Assembly (NCBI GenBank): GCA_003219345.1
Contig: QHOP01000091.1
Span: forward strand, 1-37,390
Direction of reading: 5' to 3'
DNA: 37,390 nt
DNA from: Verrucomicrobiota bacterium
Lineage (GTDB): Bacteria; Verrucomicrobiota; Verrucomicrobiia; Limisphaerales; AV2
The translations under genes and the position numbers were made by a program. The notes under the pieces are model-generated. The model saw only the letters and a program-made list of their open reading frames with translations. It was not told where the DNA came from and made no database searches. Below are positions 1-10,023 of the stretch, piece after piece (positions within the stretch are counted from its first letter, which is position 1; each line of letters begins with the position of its first letter).

Positions 1-28
1 CCGAAATTTTTCTGGCGCCACAGCATGG

Positions 29-820
29 TCACTTCTCAAGAATATCCTTGCTCCAATTGCAAATGATTTTGACCTTTTTCCCCTCCACGTACTCCGCCCA
101 GAGATCGAAAGTGGCAGGGTTGTTGGTCGCGTGCGGAGAGGCTACATACCGCACGGGATTGATTCGCTTGACGTTGAGATCGGTGGAATTGAAAGGCGGC
201 GGAAGAAGCGGGATATTCAGCGGCCAATCCACCGGCACCGCCAGAACTTCAACGTCAACCGGTGACGTGAGGATCGACTTGTGCTGATCGGATCTCAAGC
301 TGATGAACGGCTTGATCTCCTTTGGATTGGCGCCCGCGTTCACAAAACCGTCCGCGTTAAAGAGGCTGCTGACCATAGTGGCGCCAATCCATTGTTGACG
401 ATTGGGTGAACGGAACCTGTTGCCCTTGTCATCCACAATGACTCCGGTCAGTTCGTAGTAAAGCGAGTTGGTGACTGGATTGACAACGAGCGGGTCTTTG
501 CTCACCACATTGTCAGGCGGATACTGATTGAACTGAGCGTGGTACGCATCAATGGCCGTGGCGATACGTTCCAATTCGACCCGAATGCGGCTCTCCCTCA
601 TTTTGCGCGCCGAATAGGCCGTCAGGCCGACCACCAAACCCGCCAACAAAGCAATGATGCCGATCACCACCAGCAGCTCGATCAGCGTGAAGCCGGAGCG
701 ACGAGCATCCGAAACCGAAGGATGGGTCGCGGATCGCCCCTCCCGTCTTCCGGGCCGATTGCTCAAGCTGGTTCGCGCGCTGTTCATTATGATTCGAGGC
801 TGTTCCAATTCACCTTTCAC
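29..820 (-). CDS. Prepilin-type N-terminal cleavage/methylation domain protein (T2SS/T4P pseudopilin-like)
   Basis: 263-aa ORF. The motif [23 protein letters not shown] is a class III signal peptide (G|FTLIE followed by a hydrophobic helix). The true start is uncertain (alternative Met at 787). The annotated start overlaps the end of the BrnA-like ORF. Confidence 0.75.
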   Translation of the reverse strand: MKGELEQPRIIMNSARTSLSNRPGRREGRSATHPSVSDARRSGFTLIELLVVIGIIALLAGLVVGLTAYSARKMRESRIRVELERIATAIDAYHAQFNQYPPDNVVSKDPLVVNPVTNSLYYELTGVIVDDKGNRFRSPNRQQWIGATMVSSLFNADGFVNAGANPKEIKPFISLRSDQHKSILTSPVDVEVLAVPVDWPLNIPLLPPPFNSTDLNVKRINPVRYVASPHATNNPATFDLWAEYVEGKKVKIICNWSKDILEK

Positions 821-1085
821 GCAATTCCTGTTCCATTCTTTCGCTCAGCCACTGTTTAATCATGCTTTGGTAGTTCAGAAAACGCGACCGCGCCAGACGC
901 TTGATCCGCGCCAGCATCCGCGGGTCGATTCGCAAGGTGATCGTCACCGATTCCGCCGATTCCGCCGAGGTCGCGAGCGAGGATTCCATCAACCGCAGGT
1001 CCGGACGGTTTTCTGCCCAAAACGCCGCTTCGGCCTCGTCGCGATCGAAAAGCGGAACTTCTTCCCAGTTCGTGATGGCATGCAT
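810..1085 (-). CDS. brnA: BrnA-family (CopG/RHH-like) type II antitoxin
   Basis: 91 aa. The N-terminal segment EAEAAFWAENRPD and the C-terminal ITLRIDPRMLARIKRLARSRFLNYQSMIKQWLSERM match the BrnA pattern (islRl..l..lk..A...g.pYQtlik.wL). It lies downstream of a BrnT-like ORF on the same strand. Confidence 0.65.
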   Translation of the reverse strand: MHAITNWEEVPLFDRDEAEAAFWAENRPDLRLMESSLATSAESAESVTITLRIDPRMLARIKRLARSRFLNYQSMIKQWLSERMEQELRER

Positions 1086-1198
1086 GTTCGGTTATGGCTT
1101 TGCGATCCCTGACGGTTCTTCGTCCTGCCCGGATGCGTTGCGAGCCTTTCCTTCAAAGTCGGCGGTTGTGTCTTTTGATAGCCAATTTCGTGCCTGCT

Positions 1199-1486
1199 CT
1201 AACCCGCCAGCGTTTGATTCAGTTTCCGTTGATAGAAGAACTGTTCTTCCGGGTCAAACGGCCTGGCATAAATAACCCGAACCTGCTTCCCATTCGTCCG
1301 ATACACGCTAAACACCCCGGTCCCCGCCGCGGTCCGACCCAGGTTAAAAAAGCGCGCCTGGACGGAAAAGCGGGACGAGTCCGGTAACAGTTTGACCGCG
1401 AAAGGGTCTTCAAACGACTCTTCAACATCCCGTGGCGTCAAAGAACTGTCCCATTCAAAGGGCGTATTGTTCCAATCAAACTCCAT
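1199..1486 (-). CDS. brnT: BrnT-family (DUF497) toxin-like protein
   Basis: 95 aa. It has FEWD near the N-terminus and VRVIYARPFDPEEQFFY near the C-terminus (compare iRiISAR.At..Er..Y of BrnT). It sits immediately upstream of the BrnA-like ORF. Confidence 0.6.
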   Translation of the reverse strand: MEFDWNNTPFEWDSSLTPRDVEESFEDPFAVKLLPDSSRFSVQARFFNLGRTAAGTGVFSVYRTNGKQVRVIYARPFDPEEQFFYQRKLNQTLAG

Positions 1487-1580
1487 TGTATGGCTAATTG
1501 TAAATCAAACGCCCATGCAATGTAATGACAATGTAATTACAACAGGCGTTCCTGATTGTCAACCGAATATTAATGCCCAA

Positions 1581-1616
1581 TAAAACAAAATGGCCACCGC
1601 AACAGGCCGGTGGCCA
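1581..1616 (-). terminator. Rho-independent terminator downstream of the pilus/secretion operon
   Basis: On the minus strand, a 9-bp perfect stem TGGCCACCG / CGGTGGCCA (1591-1599 and 1608-1616) with an 8-nt loop is followed by TTTTGTTTTATT (A-run 1582-1590 on plus). It lies 24 nt after the PilC/GspF stop. Confidence 0.8.
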
Positions 1617-1639
1617 CTTCGCAAACTGCCAAAGACCGA

Positions 1640-2959
1640 TTATTCCTCGCCTTTCTTGCCGGCGGAAGAAGGATCACCGAGTTGGTCAATGAGACTGATC
1701 AAGGGCAGGAACAAGGCAATCACGATGCTGCCGACGACGACGGCCAGGAACACAATCATAATTGGCTCCAGGAGCGAGGTCATCGCTGAAACTGCGTTGT
1801 CCACTTCGTCATCATAATTGTCGGCGATTTTCATCAACATTTCGGGCAGCGCGCCGGTCTGTTCGCCCACGTCCACCATGCTGACGACCATGGGTGGGAA
1901 GACATTCGAGGCTTCCAGCGGGGCAGTGATCGTTTCGCCCTCTTTTACACTTTCGTGGACTGCTGACACGGCTTCCCCGACAACGACGTTGCCGGAGGTC
2001 TCCTTAACGATCGTCAGGGCTTGTAGAATCGGCACACCGCTGCTGACCAGCGTGCCGAGTGTTCGGGTAAAGCGGGAGATGGCGACCTTGCTGACCACCG
2101 GCCCCAGGATCGGGAAATTCAGCTTTAGCCGATCAAACAAACGCCGGCCAAATCTCGTTCGCGTGAACAACTTCAAAACAATGAAGAAAGAAACGATTGA
2201 GATCAACGCGACCACGAAATGTCCGGCAATGGCGCGACTGACGCTCAAAACGAAGTCCGTGAAAGCCGGCAGGCTCTGGCCTTCGAGCATGTCTTTGAAA
2301 ACCAGCTCGAACTTTGGAATAACGAAGACCATGAGGATGGTCAGGATTGTCACGGCCACGAACATCACGGCGCAGGGATAAAACATGGCTGCTTTAACTT
2401 TGCCGCGAATCTTTTGGGCCTTCTCCATGAATTCTGCCAGACGATTCAAAACCACCTCCAGCACGCCGCCCAGTTCGCCGGCTTTGACCATGTTCACATA
2501 GAGCCGATTGAACACTTTCGGGTGCTGCGCCAGGCCCTCGGAGAAGGTGCTGCCGCCTTCGATTGCCAATGAAAGATCACCGATAATTCTTTTGAGGTTG
2601 GGGTTCCTTTCCTGCCGTTCCAGCACCCGCAGTCCGCGCAACAGGGGCAAACCGGCGTCCACCAGCGTCGCCAACTGCCGGGTAAACGTCGTCAACACCT
2701 TTGGTTTAACCTTTCCGCCAAGGCCGGGGATCCTGATATTGATATTGAACCCGCCCCTTTTTTTCCCTTTCGCGTCAGCCCCCGCGCCTTTGACCTTCTT
2801 GTCGGGCTTTGCTTTGGATTTATCCGCTTCGATTACCTTCGTGGGGAAGTAGCCCATTTCTTTGAGCCGGCTGATCGCTTCGTTTTGGTTCGCCACCTCC
2901 AGAGTGCCTTTGGTCTCCTTGCCCCGCGAATCCATGGCAACGTAGTTGAATTTTGGCAT
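1640..2959 (-). CDS. Type II secretion system F / type IV pilus platform protein (GspF/PilC family)
   Basis: 439 aa. It shows the typical duplicated T2SSF architecture with three TM segments and family-like motifs (FTRQLATLVDAGLPLLRGL, FSRFTRTLGTLVSSGVPILQAL, MVDVGEQTGALPEML). It sits at the operon end next to secretion ATPases. Confidence 0.9.
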   Translation of the reverse strand: MPKFNYVAMDSRGKETKGTLEVANQNEAISRLKEMGYFPTKVIEADKSKAKPDKKVKGAGADAKGKKRGGFNINIRIPGLGGKVKPKVLTTFTRQLATLVDAGLPLLRGLRVLERQERNPNLKRIIGDLSLAIEGGSTFSEGLAQHPKVFNRLYVNMVKAGELGGVLEVVLNRLAEFMEKAQKIRGKVKAAMFYPCAVMFVAVTILTILMVFVIPKFELVFKDMLEGQSLPAFTDFVLSVSRAIAGHFVVALISIVSFFIVLKLFTRTRFGRRLFDRLKLNFPILGPVVSKVAISRFTRTLGTLVSSGVPILQALTIVKETSGNVVVGEAVSAVHESVKEGETITAPLEASNVFPPMVVSMVDVGEQTGALPEMLMKIADNYDDEVDNAVSAMTSLLEPIMIVFLAVVVGSIVIALFLPLISLIDQLGDPSSAGKKGEE

Positions 2960-2973
2960 AACTGATCTTTGGG

Positions 2974-4575
2974 TTACGTGTATTTCAGCACTTCTTCAAT
3001 TGTGGTATCGCCGTCAAAGATACCTCGCATACCATCTTCCCGCAACGTGACCATTCCCAGTTCCACGGCCTTTTGCCGGATGACGACAGTCGGCGCGCGC
3101 TCGTTGATCAAAGCGCGAATCGGTTCACTGATGACGAGCAACTCAAAAATGCCTTTGCGTCCCCTGTAGCCGGTGTCGTTGCAATTCGCGCAGCCGCGTC
3201 CGTAGTAAAAAACCTTGTCGCCGATGTCGTGCGGCGAAAGGTTGAGCAGCGACAACTGATTTTCCGTCGGCTCGAAAGGCGTCCGGCACTTCTTGCAGAT
3301 GGTGCGCACCAGCCGTTGGGCCAGCACCGACAGCAGCGTGGACGAAATCAGAAACGGCTCGACGCCCATGTCAATGAGGCGCGTGACGGCACCCGGCGCA
3401 TCGTTCGTGTGCAGCGTGCTGAGCACAAGGTGGCCCGTGAGCGACGCCTGGATGGCAATTTGCGAAGTCTCCAGGTCACGGATTTCTCCCAGCATGATGA
3501 CGTCCGGATCCTGACGCAAAAACGCACGCAGCGCCCGCGGGAAGGTCATGCCCACGGGCTCGTTCACCGGCACCTGCATAATTCCGTCGATGTCGTACTC
3601 GACCGGGTCTTCGACCGTGAGCAGCTTCGAATCAATCGTGTTGATTCGCCGGAGACAGGAATAAAGCGTCGTGGTTTTGCCGCAGCCGGTCGGCCCGGTG
3701 TTGATGAAGATTCCGTTGGGTTGCTGAATCGTTTGGACCGTGTGATCGTAAATAAATTTTGGGAAACCGAGCGATTCCAACTCCATGTTCACCGCTGACC
3801 GGTCGAGCACGCGAAGCACCACCGATTCGCCAAACTGAGTGGGCAGAGTCGATACACGGAGGTCGATCTGTCTCCCTCCCAGCGTGAGGCCGATGCGTCC
3901 GTCCTGCGGCAACCGCCGTTCGGCAATATCCAGGTTGGCCATGACCTTGATGCGCGAAGTGACGGGCAAGGCCAGATGCTTGGGCGGCGGCGTCATTTCA
4001 TACAAAGCGCCGTCCACGCGATAGCGGATTTTGAATTCGTCCTCGAACGGCTCAAAGTGAATGTCGCTCGCGCGGTCCTCCTTGGCGATTTCCGCGTCGG
4101 CACCCAATTGCTTGAGGATGTCACTGACGCTTTCGCTTTCTTCCCCGTAAAACTTGCTTACGGCCTTTTCAATCTGCGCAGGATCAGCCACCACCACCTG
4201 AACCTCCTTGCTGGTCAAATAATTCAACTCGTCAATGACCGCCGGATCGAGCGGGTCAGCCATAGCGATTCGCACGCTGGAACCATACACCGCCACCGGA
4301 AGGCACTGGTGCATGCGCGCGGCTGAGGCCGGCACGGTCTGCAAAACCTCCGGCGCCAATTCCAGATTGTGCAGTTCGACCACTTCCGTCCCCAGGTGAT
4401 CGGCCATGATCTGAAGAATCGTTTCCAGGTCCAGCAGTCCGAAATCCTGCAAGGTTTGGATCACCGGCTTGCCACTGCGGGTGTGCTCCTGCGCCACTTC
4501 TTCCAATTGCAGGTCGTCAACCAGCCCGCGCTCCTGAATGAGTGCCAGTAACGGAATTGAGGAAATGTCCGACAT
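2974..4575 (-). CDS. GspE/PilB-family secretion/pilus assembly ATPase (copy 2, shorter)
   Basis: 533 aa. It has an N-terminal T2SSE_N-like domain, a Walker A variant [11 protein letters not shown], Asp/His boxes ([29 protein letters not shown]) and a tetracysteine motif CKKC...[12 protein letters not shown]. Confidence 0.9.
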   Translation of the reverse strand: MSDISSIPLLALIQERGLVDDLQLEEVAQEHTRSGKPVIQTLQDFGLLDLETILQIMADHLGTEVVELHNLELAPEVLQTVPASAARMHQCLPVAVYGSSVRIAMADPLDPAVIDELNYLTSKEVQVVVADPAQIEKAVSKFYGEESESVSDILKQLGADAEIAKEDRASDIHFEPFEDEFKIRYRVDGALYEMTPPPKHLALPVTSRIKVMANLDIAERRLPQDGRIGLTLGGRQIDLRVSTLPTQFGESVVLRVLDRSAVNMELESLGFPKFIYDHTVQTIQQPNGIFINTGPTGCGKTTTLYSCLRRINTIDSKLLTVEDPVEYDIDGIMQVPVNEPVGMTFPRALRAFLRQDPDVIMLGEIRDLETSQIAIQASLTGHLVLSTLHTNDAPGAVTRLIDMGVEPFLISSTLLSVLAQRLVRTICKKCRTPFEPTENQLSLLNLSPHDIGDKVFYYGRGCANCNDTGYRGRKGIFELLVISEPIRALINERAPTVVIRQKAVELGMVTLREDGMRGIFDGDTTIEEVLKYT

Positions 4576-4582
4576 AGGAGGA

Positions 4583-5698
4583 CTAGGATTGATCGCTTGG
4601 CTTGCCTCCCCCCGGTCCCGCTTGGCTTTGTTGAATTTCCTGCAACTTCGCCAGAATGGTTGACGGGTCCTGCGCTTTCGTGATCACTTCTTCCTGTGAA
4701 ATCATCCCCTGCTGATATTTGTCGATCAGGAAACTGTCGAGGGTCACCATGCCGTACTTGGCGCCGGTCTGGATGTCCGAGTTGATGCGGAATGTTTTGT
4801 TGTCGCGAATCAGGGCCGCAATGGAGGGCGTGTTGATCATGATTTCAAATATCGCGGTACGTCCCGGTTTGTCACAGCGTGGAAGCAATAATTGGGAAAC
4901 CACAGCCTGCAACACCGTGGAAAGCTGAATGCGAATCTGCTCCTGCTGGTTCACCGGAAACGCGTTCACAATACGGTCAATGGTCTTGGCGGCGCCGGTC
5001 GTGTGCAGCGTGCCGAACACCAGGTGGCCCGTTTCCGCCGCGGTGATCGCCGCGTCGATCGTTTCCAGGTCGCGCATTTCACCCACCAGAACGACGTCCG
5101 GGTCCTGGCGCAGCGCGCGGCGCAAGGCCTCCGCAAAGTTCGGCACGTCCACATTGATCTCCCGCTGCGTCACGATCGACTTCTTGTGTTTGTGATAGTA
5201 TTCGATTGGGTCCTCGATGGTGATGATATGAGCGTCGTCACGCTCCTCATTGATGATATTGATCATCGAAGCCAGCGAGGTTGTTTTCCCCGAACCAGTC
5301 GGGCCGGTCACCAGAACCAGACCGCGCGGCTTGTAAAGGAGTTCGCGGACGGACGGAGGAATGCCGATTTGTTCAAGCGTCAGGAGTTTACTGGGAATCT
5401 GGCGGGCCACGACGCCGAACTGGCCCTTTTCCTTGAAGACGCTGACACGGAAGCGGGCCAATTCGCCGAAGGCGAAACCAAAGTCCGCGCCGCCGCGCTC
5501 CCGCACCTGTTGAATGTGGTCTTCCGAGGTGATGCTCCGCATCAACTCTTCGGTGTCCTCCTGCTTGAGCGGCGGTCCTTCCACTTTATGCAACACGCCG
5601 TGAAGCCGGATCACCGGCGGGACCCCGACACGCAAATGCAGGTCGGAGGAGCCTTCAGCGACAACCAACTGCAACAAATCCGACATTGAATAGGACAT
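4583..5698 (-). CDS. pilT: PilT-family twitching-motility/retraction ATPase
   Basis: 371 aa. Motifs are [17 protein letters not shown], Walker [41 protein letters not shown] and [18 protein letters not shown]. It lacks the N-terminal extension and zinc finger of the PilB type. Confidence 0.9.
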   Translation of the reverse strand: MSYSMSDLLQLVVAEGSSDLHLRVGVPPVIRLHGVLHKVEGPPLKQEDTEELMRSITSEDHIQQVRERGGADFGFAFGELARFRVSVFKEKGQFGVVARQIPSKLLTLEQIGIPPSVRELLYKPRGLVLVTGPTGSGKTTSLASMINIINEERDDAHIITIEDPIEYYHKHKKSIVTQREINVDVPNFAEALRRALRQDPDVVLVGEMRDLETIDAAITAAETGHLVFGTLHTTGAAKTIDRIVNAFPVNQQEQIRIQLSTVLQAVVSQLLLPRCDKPGRTAIFEIMINTPSIAALIRDNKTFRINSDIQTGAKYGMVTLDSFLIDKYQQGMISQEEVITKAQDPSTILAKLQEIQQSQAGPGGGKPSDQS

Positions 5699-5793
5699 AA
5701 TTCAGCGGCAACACGCGGGAGTTCTTTGCCCTGAGCGAACCCGGAGCGTCGAGTGTTTCATCATCTTATTTTGACAACAGAAGCAAAGTTTTG

Positions 5794-7551
5794 TCATTCC
5801 AGATCGCCCAGCGTGGCGCGGATGACTTCTTCCGGGGAAGTCAACCCTGCCAGGACTTTTCTGGCACCGTCCTCGCGCAGCGTGCGCATACCCATCTCGC
5901 GCGCGCGAGAACGCAACTCAGAGGAAGGTACTTTATCGTAGATGAACTTGCGGATCTCGTCATCCACCACGAAGACCTCAAAAATTCCAAAGCGGCCACG
6001 GTAACCCGTCTTGTTGCATTCGTTGCAGCCTTTGCCCTTCATGAACGTGGCGTTGGCTGCGTTGTTCGGATTGATGTTCAAGGTGCGCAGTTCCGCGTCG
6101 GTCGGCACATAAGGAGCACCACACCGGCGGCAAACCCGGCGGACAAGCCGCTGCGCCATCAGCGCGCGGGCGGACGAAGCCACCAGGAACGGTTTCACGC
6201 CGATGTCAATGAGCCGGGTCACTGCGCTCGGCGCGTCGTTCGTGTGCAAGGTGGAGAAAACCAGGTGACCCGTCAGGGAGGCGTTGATGGCGATAGTCGC
6301 CGTTTCCAAATCACGAATTTCACCCAACATGATCACGTTGGGCGCCTGGCGCAGCATCGAACGCAACGCCGCGGAGAAAGTCAATCCGACGGCTTCGTTG
6401 ACCTGCACCTGGTTGATGCCTGAAAGCTGATATTCCACCGGGTCTTCCACCGTGATGATCTTGCGGTCAGGACGGTTGATATAATTCAGCACGGCGTAAA
6501 GTGTCGTAGTCTTGCCCGAGCCGGTCGGCCCCGTCACCAGCAGGATGCCGTCCGGCAACCCGATCAATTTTTCGAACGTCTGCTGATCGTCGGTGAAGAA
6601 ACCGAGCTCGGCCAACCCAAGCTTGAGGCCTTCCTTGTCCAAAATACGCATGACGATGCTCTCGCCGTGATTGGTCGGAATACACGACACGCGCAAGTCA
6701 ATCGTCTTGCCGCCTACCGCCGTCTGAATCCGGCCGTCCTGCGGGACACGCCGTTCCGCAATCGACATGTTCGACATAATTTTCAATCGGCTGAGAATCG
6801 CCGCCTGCAGCCGCTTGGGAGGCGCTTTCATCTCGTGCAGCATCCCGTCAATGCGGTAGCGCAGTCGAAACTTCTTCGCCAATGGTTCGAGGTGAATGTC
6901 CGACGAGCGGGCTTTAAAGGCGTCCACAATGATGGTGTTGACCAGCTTGATGATGGGCGCGTCGGCATCAACGACCGACCCGTCATCCGCCGCCGAGACT
7001 TCGGCCAGGGTTGAAATCTGGATCTCGCCCTCGGTGATGTCCTGAATCATCTTGTCCACCGAGTTCTCCTGCGCACCGCCGTAATATCTGCCCAGGGCCT
7101 CTTCGATGTCGTCCGGGCTCGCCACGCGCGGCTCGACTTCCATATTCAGCAAGTGCCGGAGGCTGTCGAGGGTGTCGAGATCAGAAGGATCGCTTAGCGC
7201 CACAGTCACCGTGTCGTCGTGGCGATAAAGCGGAACGACACTGTATTTCTTGGCGATGTGGCGCGGAACGGCAGAAATGACATCGTCGGCAAGACGCATT
7301 TCCCCGAGGTTTACGAATTCGACGCCAAACTGAGCCGCTTTGGCCTGGGCGACCTGGGATGGCGTGAGGAGCTTTTTGGCAACCAAAGTGTCCACCACTC
7401 CTTCGCCGGTCGAATCGGCTTCCTGACGGACGGGCCCCAACTGTTCCTCAGTCACCAGCCCCATGTCCATCAGCGTATCTATCAGATAATCGTCTCTAGT
7501 GGCCACAATTTGTCGTTCCCATTCGGGAATCGTCGTTTTGGAATTTGGCAA
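5794..7551 (-). CDS. GspE/PilB-family secretion/pilus assembly ATPase (copy 1, full length)
   Basis: 585 aa. It has an N-terminal T2SSE_N domain, then APIIKLVNTIIVDA, Walker [41 protein letters not shown] and CRRC...CNECNKTGYRGR. Confidence 0.9.
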   Translation of the reverse strand: MPNSKTTIPEWERQIVATRDDYLIDTLMDMGLVTEEQLGPVRQEADSTGEGVVDTLVAKKLLTPSQVAQAKAAQFGVEFVNLGEMRLADDVISAVPRHIAKKYSVVPLYRHDDTVTVALSDPSDLDTLDSLRHLLNMEVEPRVASPDDIEEALGRYYGGAQENSVDKMIQDITEGEIQISTLAEVSAADDGSVVDADAPIIKLVNTIIVDAFKARSSDIHLEPLAKKFRLRYRIDGMLHEMKAPPKRLQAAILSRLKIMSNMSIAERRVPQDGRIQTAVGGKTIDLRVSCIPTNHGESIVMRILDKEGLKLGLAELGFFTDDQQTFEKLIGLPDGILLVTGPTGSGKTTTLYAVLNYINRPDRKIITVEDPVEYQLSGINQVQVNEAVGLTFSAALRSMLRQAPNVIMLGEIRDLETATIAINASLTGHLVFSTLHTNDAPSAVTRLIDIGVKPFLVASSARALMAQRLVRRVCRRCGAPYVPTDAELRTLNINPNNAANATFMKGKGCNECNKTGYRGRFGIFEVFVVDDEIRKFIYDKVPSSELRSRAREMGMRTLREDGARKVLAGLTSPEEVIRATLGDLE

Positions 7552-7893
7552 ATACTATAGCTCACGGTCCTAATGTCAAACGTTCACACAAATCGGTGGT
7601 GGCACAGTTTGCATTTTCAGTGGGGCGAGAGCCGGCTCGTCAGTCGCCTCGCCCCATCAAACTGTACCACTACCCACAAGCTTACAGCAAGAATTTCGCC
7701 TGACATAAAAATTCGTCAACAAAACTGAAAAATCCGGCCGGCGCGGCTGAGCGTCGCGCCAGGGCTTCTGTCAGTTGGACACGCCGAAGCGACAAACCGC
7801 ACGAGCGGTCCGCGGCCGCGACTCTCGGATTCGAAGACTCGTCTTTGATCTCCGATTGAGATACGGTCGTCGGCAGATGCCCTTTGACCGCGA

Positions 7894-8745
7894 ATGAATG
7901 AAAACGCGAGCGGCGGAACTCGCCGCCAAGGCGGCAAAGTGGCCAAGACTCGTTTTGAGCGGGAGTGCCTCAGTGAATACGGCGAAGTGTTCAAGACGGT
8001 TTGTGTGGACGCAGCATATTACAACTTCCCGCGCCGCGATTATCTCCAAGGGCTGGCGGACCAAGTACCGGACGATTTCCGATTCGGCTTCAAGGTGACG
8101 GATGCGCTCACGATCAAAAAATTTCCCAACCTGGACCGCTTCGGTGCCAAGGCGGGCCAACTGAATCAGGATTTTCTGAACGCCGACCTGTTCGCGGCAG
8201 CTTTTCTAAAGCCGTGCGAAGAAATTCGCGAGAAAGTCGGCGTGCTGATGTTTGAGTTCTCCCGCTTCCGGCCCAGCGACTACGAACACGGTCGAGATTT
8301 CGTGAACGATCTCGACGCGTTCCTCGGTAACGTGCCGAAGGGCTGGCCATACGCTATCGAGATGCGCAACCCGCATTGGCTGCACGAGGATTATTTCGGC
8401 TGTCTGGCCCGACATGGTGTCACGCACGTTTTCAACTCGTGGGACGCGATGCCGCCGGTGAGCGAACAGATGGCGCTTGAAGGTAGTCGGACTAATCCGA
8501 GTCTGTGCGCCGCCCGGTTCCTGCTTAAGCCCGGCCGCAAATATGAAGAGGCGCTGAAGACTTTTCAACCTTACGACAAGATCAAAGAACCCAACCCTGA
8601 AGCCCGCGCAGCGGGTGCGGCGCTGGTGAAGGAGGGTGTCGCGGCAGGAGGAAAGCGGAACACTTTCATTTACGTGAACAACCGGCTCGAAGGCAACGCG
8701 CTCGAAACTATCACGGCGATGCTGGAGTCGTCAGGCTCTGGTTAA
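7894..8745 (+). CDS. DUF72 (UPF0759) family protein
   Basis: 283 aa. The DUF72-like pattern is present: FKTVCVDAAYYNFP, FRFGFKV, VLMFEFSRF, YAIEMRNPHW and THVFNSW. Confidence 0.7.
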   Translation: MNENASGGTRRQGGKVAKTRFERECLSEYGEVFKTVCVDAAYYNFPRRDYLQGLADQVPDDFRFGFKVTDALTIKKFPNLDRFGAKAGQLNQDFLNADLFAAAFLKPCEEIREKVGVLMFEFSRFRPSDYEHGRDFVNDLDAFLGNVPKGWPYAIEMRNPHWLHEDYFGCLARHGVTHVFNSWDAMPPVSEQMALEGSRTNPSLCAARFLLKPGRKYEEALKTFQPYDKIKEPNPEARAAGAALVKEGVAAGGKRNTFIYVNNRLEGNALETITAMLESSGSG

Positions 8746-8864
8746 GAGTTGATTCTGAATCTGCGGCATGACCCTGAACGCCTCGGGGCTCCAATTTTTG
8801 GCGGACCTGCCGCTGGGGCGGATGCTCCAAAATCGAGCGAGCGCCGAACCGGGGTGTTGGTGGG

Positions 8865-9653
8865 CTATTGATCGGCCACCGGTATCTTGAAAAAACACTG
8901 CCACTCGCCATAGGCGGAGCCGAGTGACACGCGCTGGCCCGGGAACCATTCCACGTGGCCGTCTTCAAACGTGAAATTGCCGCCCTCGGGCGCTCCTCTG
9001 GCTCCCCGATGCACGGACGTTAAAACCTTTTTGCCCTCGTAATCTGTGGTCCATTTCAGCCGCACATCGTAGATATTGGTCGTCTTCGGGCCAATGGCCT
9101 GAAGGCGGTCGATTAAGATCGGGGCCGAACCATAGGGGCCAGTGAGTTTCTTCCGGAAAAACCACTCCGCCGTCCCCTGGGCGTAGGTTGTGACATCGGG
9201 ATCGCCCGCGCGGCGTCCCGGTAAATAAAAGTAACCCACTAATTGAGCGCCGCTGTCCGACGAAATCATGCCACGTTCGGCAACGCGATGCCATTCATCC
9301 GTTGGACAAAACAGCACATCATTGCGCGCGCGCTCCAGCTTCGCGGTCGTGCGTCGGTTGTGGATGAGATAATTATTCCAAAAATTACTCATGGAGGGCG
9401 TCATCCAACTGAATCCAACCCCGTCGCGGTTGTCAGGGAACGCATTGTCAAAGTCGCCGGCATACATATTGACGGCGAGCCCCCACTGTTTGCCATTGCT
9501 GACGCAAAGGGATTTGTGTGCCTGAGCCTTGGCCTTGGCGAGCGCCGGAAGCAGGAGCGAGGCGAGAATCGCAATGATCGCGATGACGACCAGCAATTCG
9601 ATTAGAGTGAAGCCGTCAGCGGATTTCGGTTCTGTGCGGAAGAGCTTTTTCAT
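8865..9653 (-). CDS. Prepilin-type N-terminal methylation domain protein with C-terminal H-X9-DG-type motif
   Basis: 262 aa. [32 protein letters not shown] is followed by [18 protein letters not shown], and near the C-terminus [13 protein letters not shown]. This is the abundant PVC-group family. Confidence 0.85.
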   Translation of the reverse strand: MKKLFRTEPKSADGFTLIELLVVIAIIAILASLLLPALAKAKAQAHKSLCVSNGKQWGLAVNMYAGDFDNAFPDNRDGVGFSWMTPSMSNFWNNYLIHNRRTTAKLERARNDVLFCPTDEWHRVAERGMISSDSGAQLVGYFYLPGRRAGDPDVTTYAQGTAEWFFRKKLTGPYGSAPILIDRLQAIGPKTTNIYDVRLKWTTDYEGKKVLTSVHRGARGAPEGGNFTFEDGHVEWFPGQRVSLGSAYGEWQCFFKIPVADQ

Positions 9654-10023
9654 AATGAGAGTTGGTATGTATTTGCTACGTCACGCCCCGCTTCGTCAAT
9701 CCTGAACAACATCCGCTGCCGCCGTACTCGCTGGCCTGAGCACGTGATTATGCCAGCCGCCGACGAGGCCGTAGCGGGGCACTTCGGTCGAATCGGCGGA
9801 GGCCGGACTGGCGGCGACGGGTGGCCGTGGTCTTGACCGGGAGGATTTGCGGCTCGACGCCGGTGCAGTTGCGAAGTAGGTAGGTCTTTATGGTAGGCTG
9901 CTTTCTAGTTTATTGTTCCAGGCAATGACAGCACTCCATCCCCTGTTCCGGAAGTCGCTGTCCGCTGAGAGCAGATACCTTTGCTCGCTTCATCGCCAGC
10001 ATTCCTCTCAGTGACTCACTCCC

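Noticed and set aside
7600-7614. A sigma-54-like promoter, TGGCACAGTTTGCAT, in the pilB/DUF72 divergent region.
   Set aside because: The GG-to-GC spacing is 2 nt shorter than the invariant spacing of the TGGCAC-N5-TTGC consensus. No enhancer-binding protein gene lies nearby.
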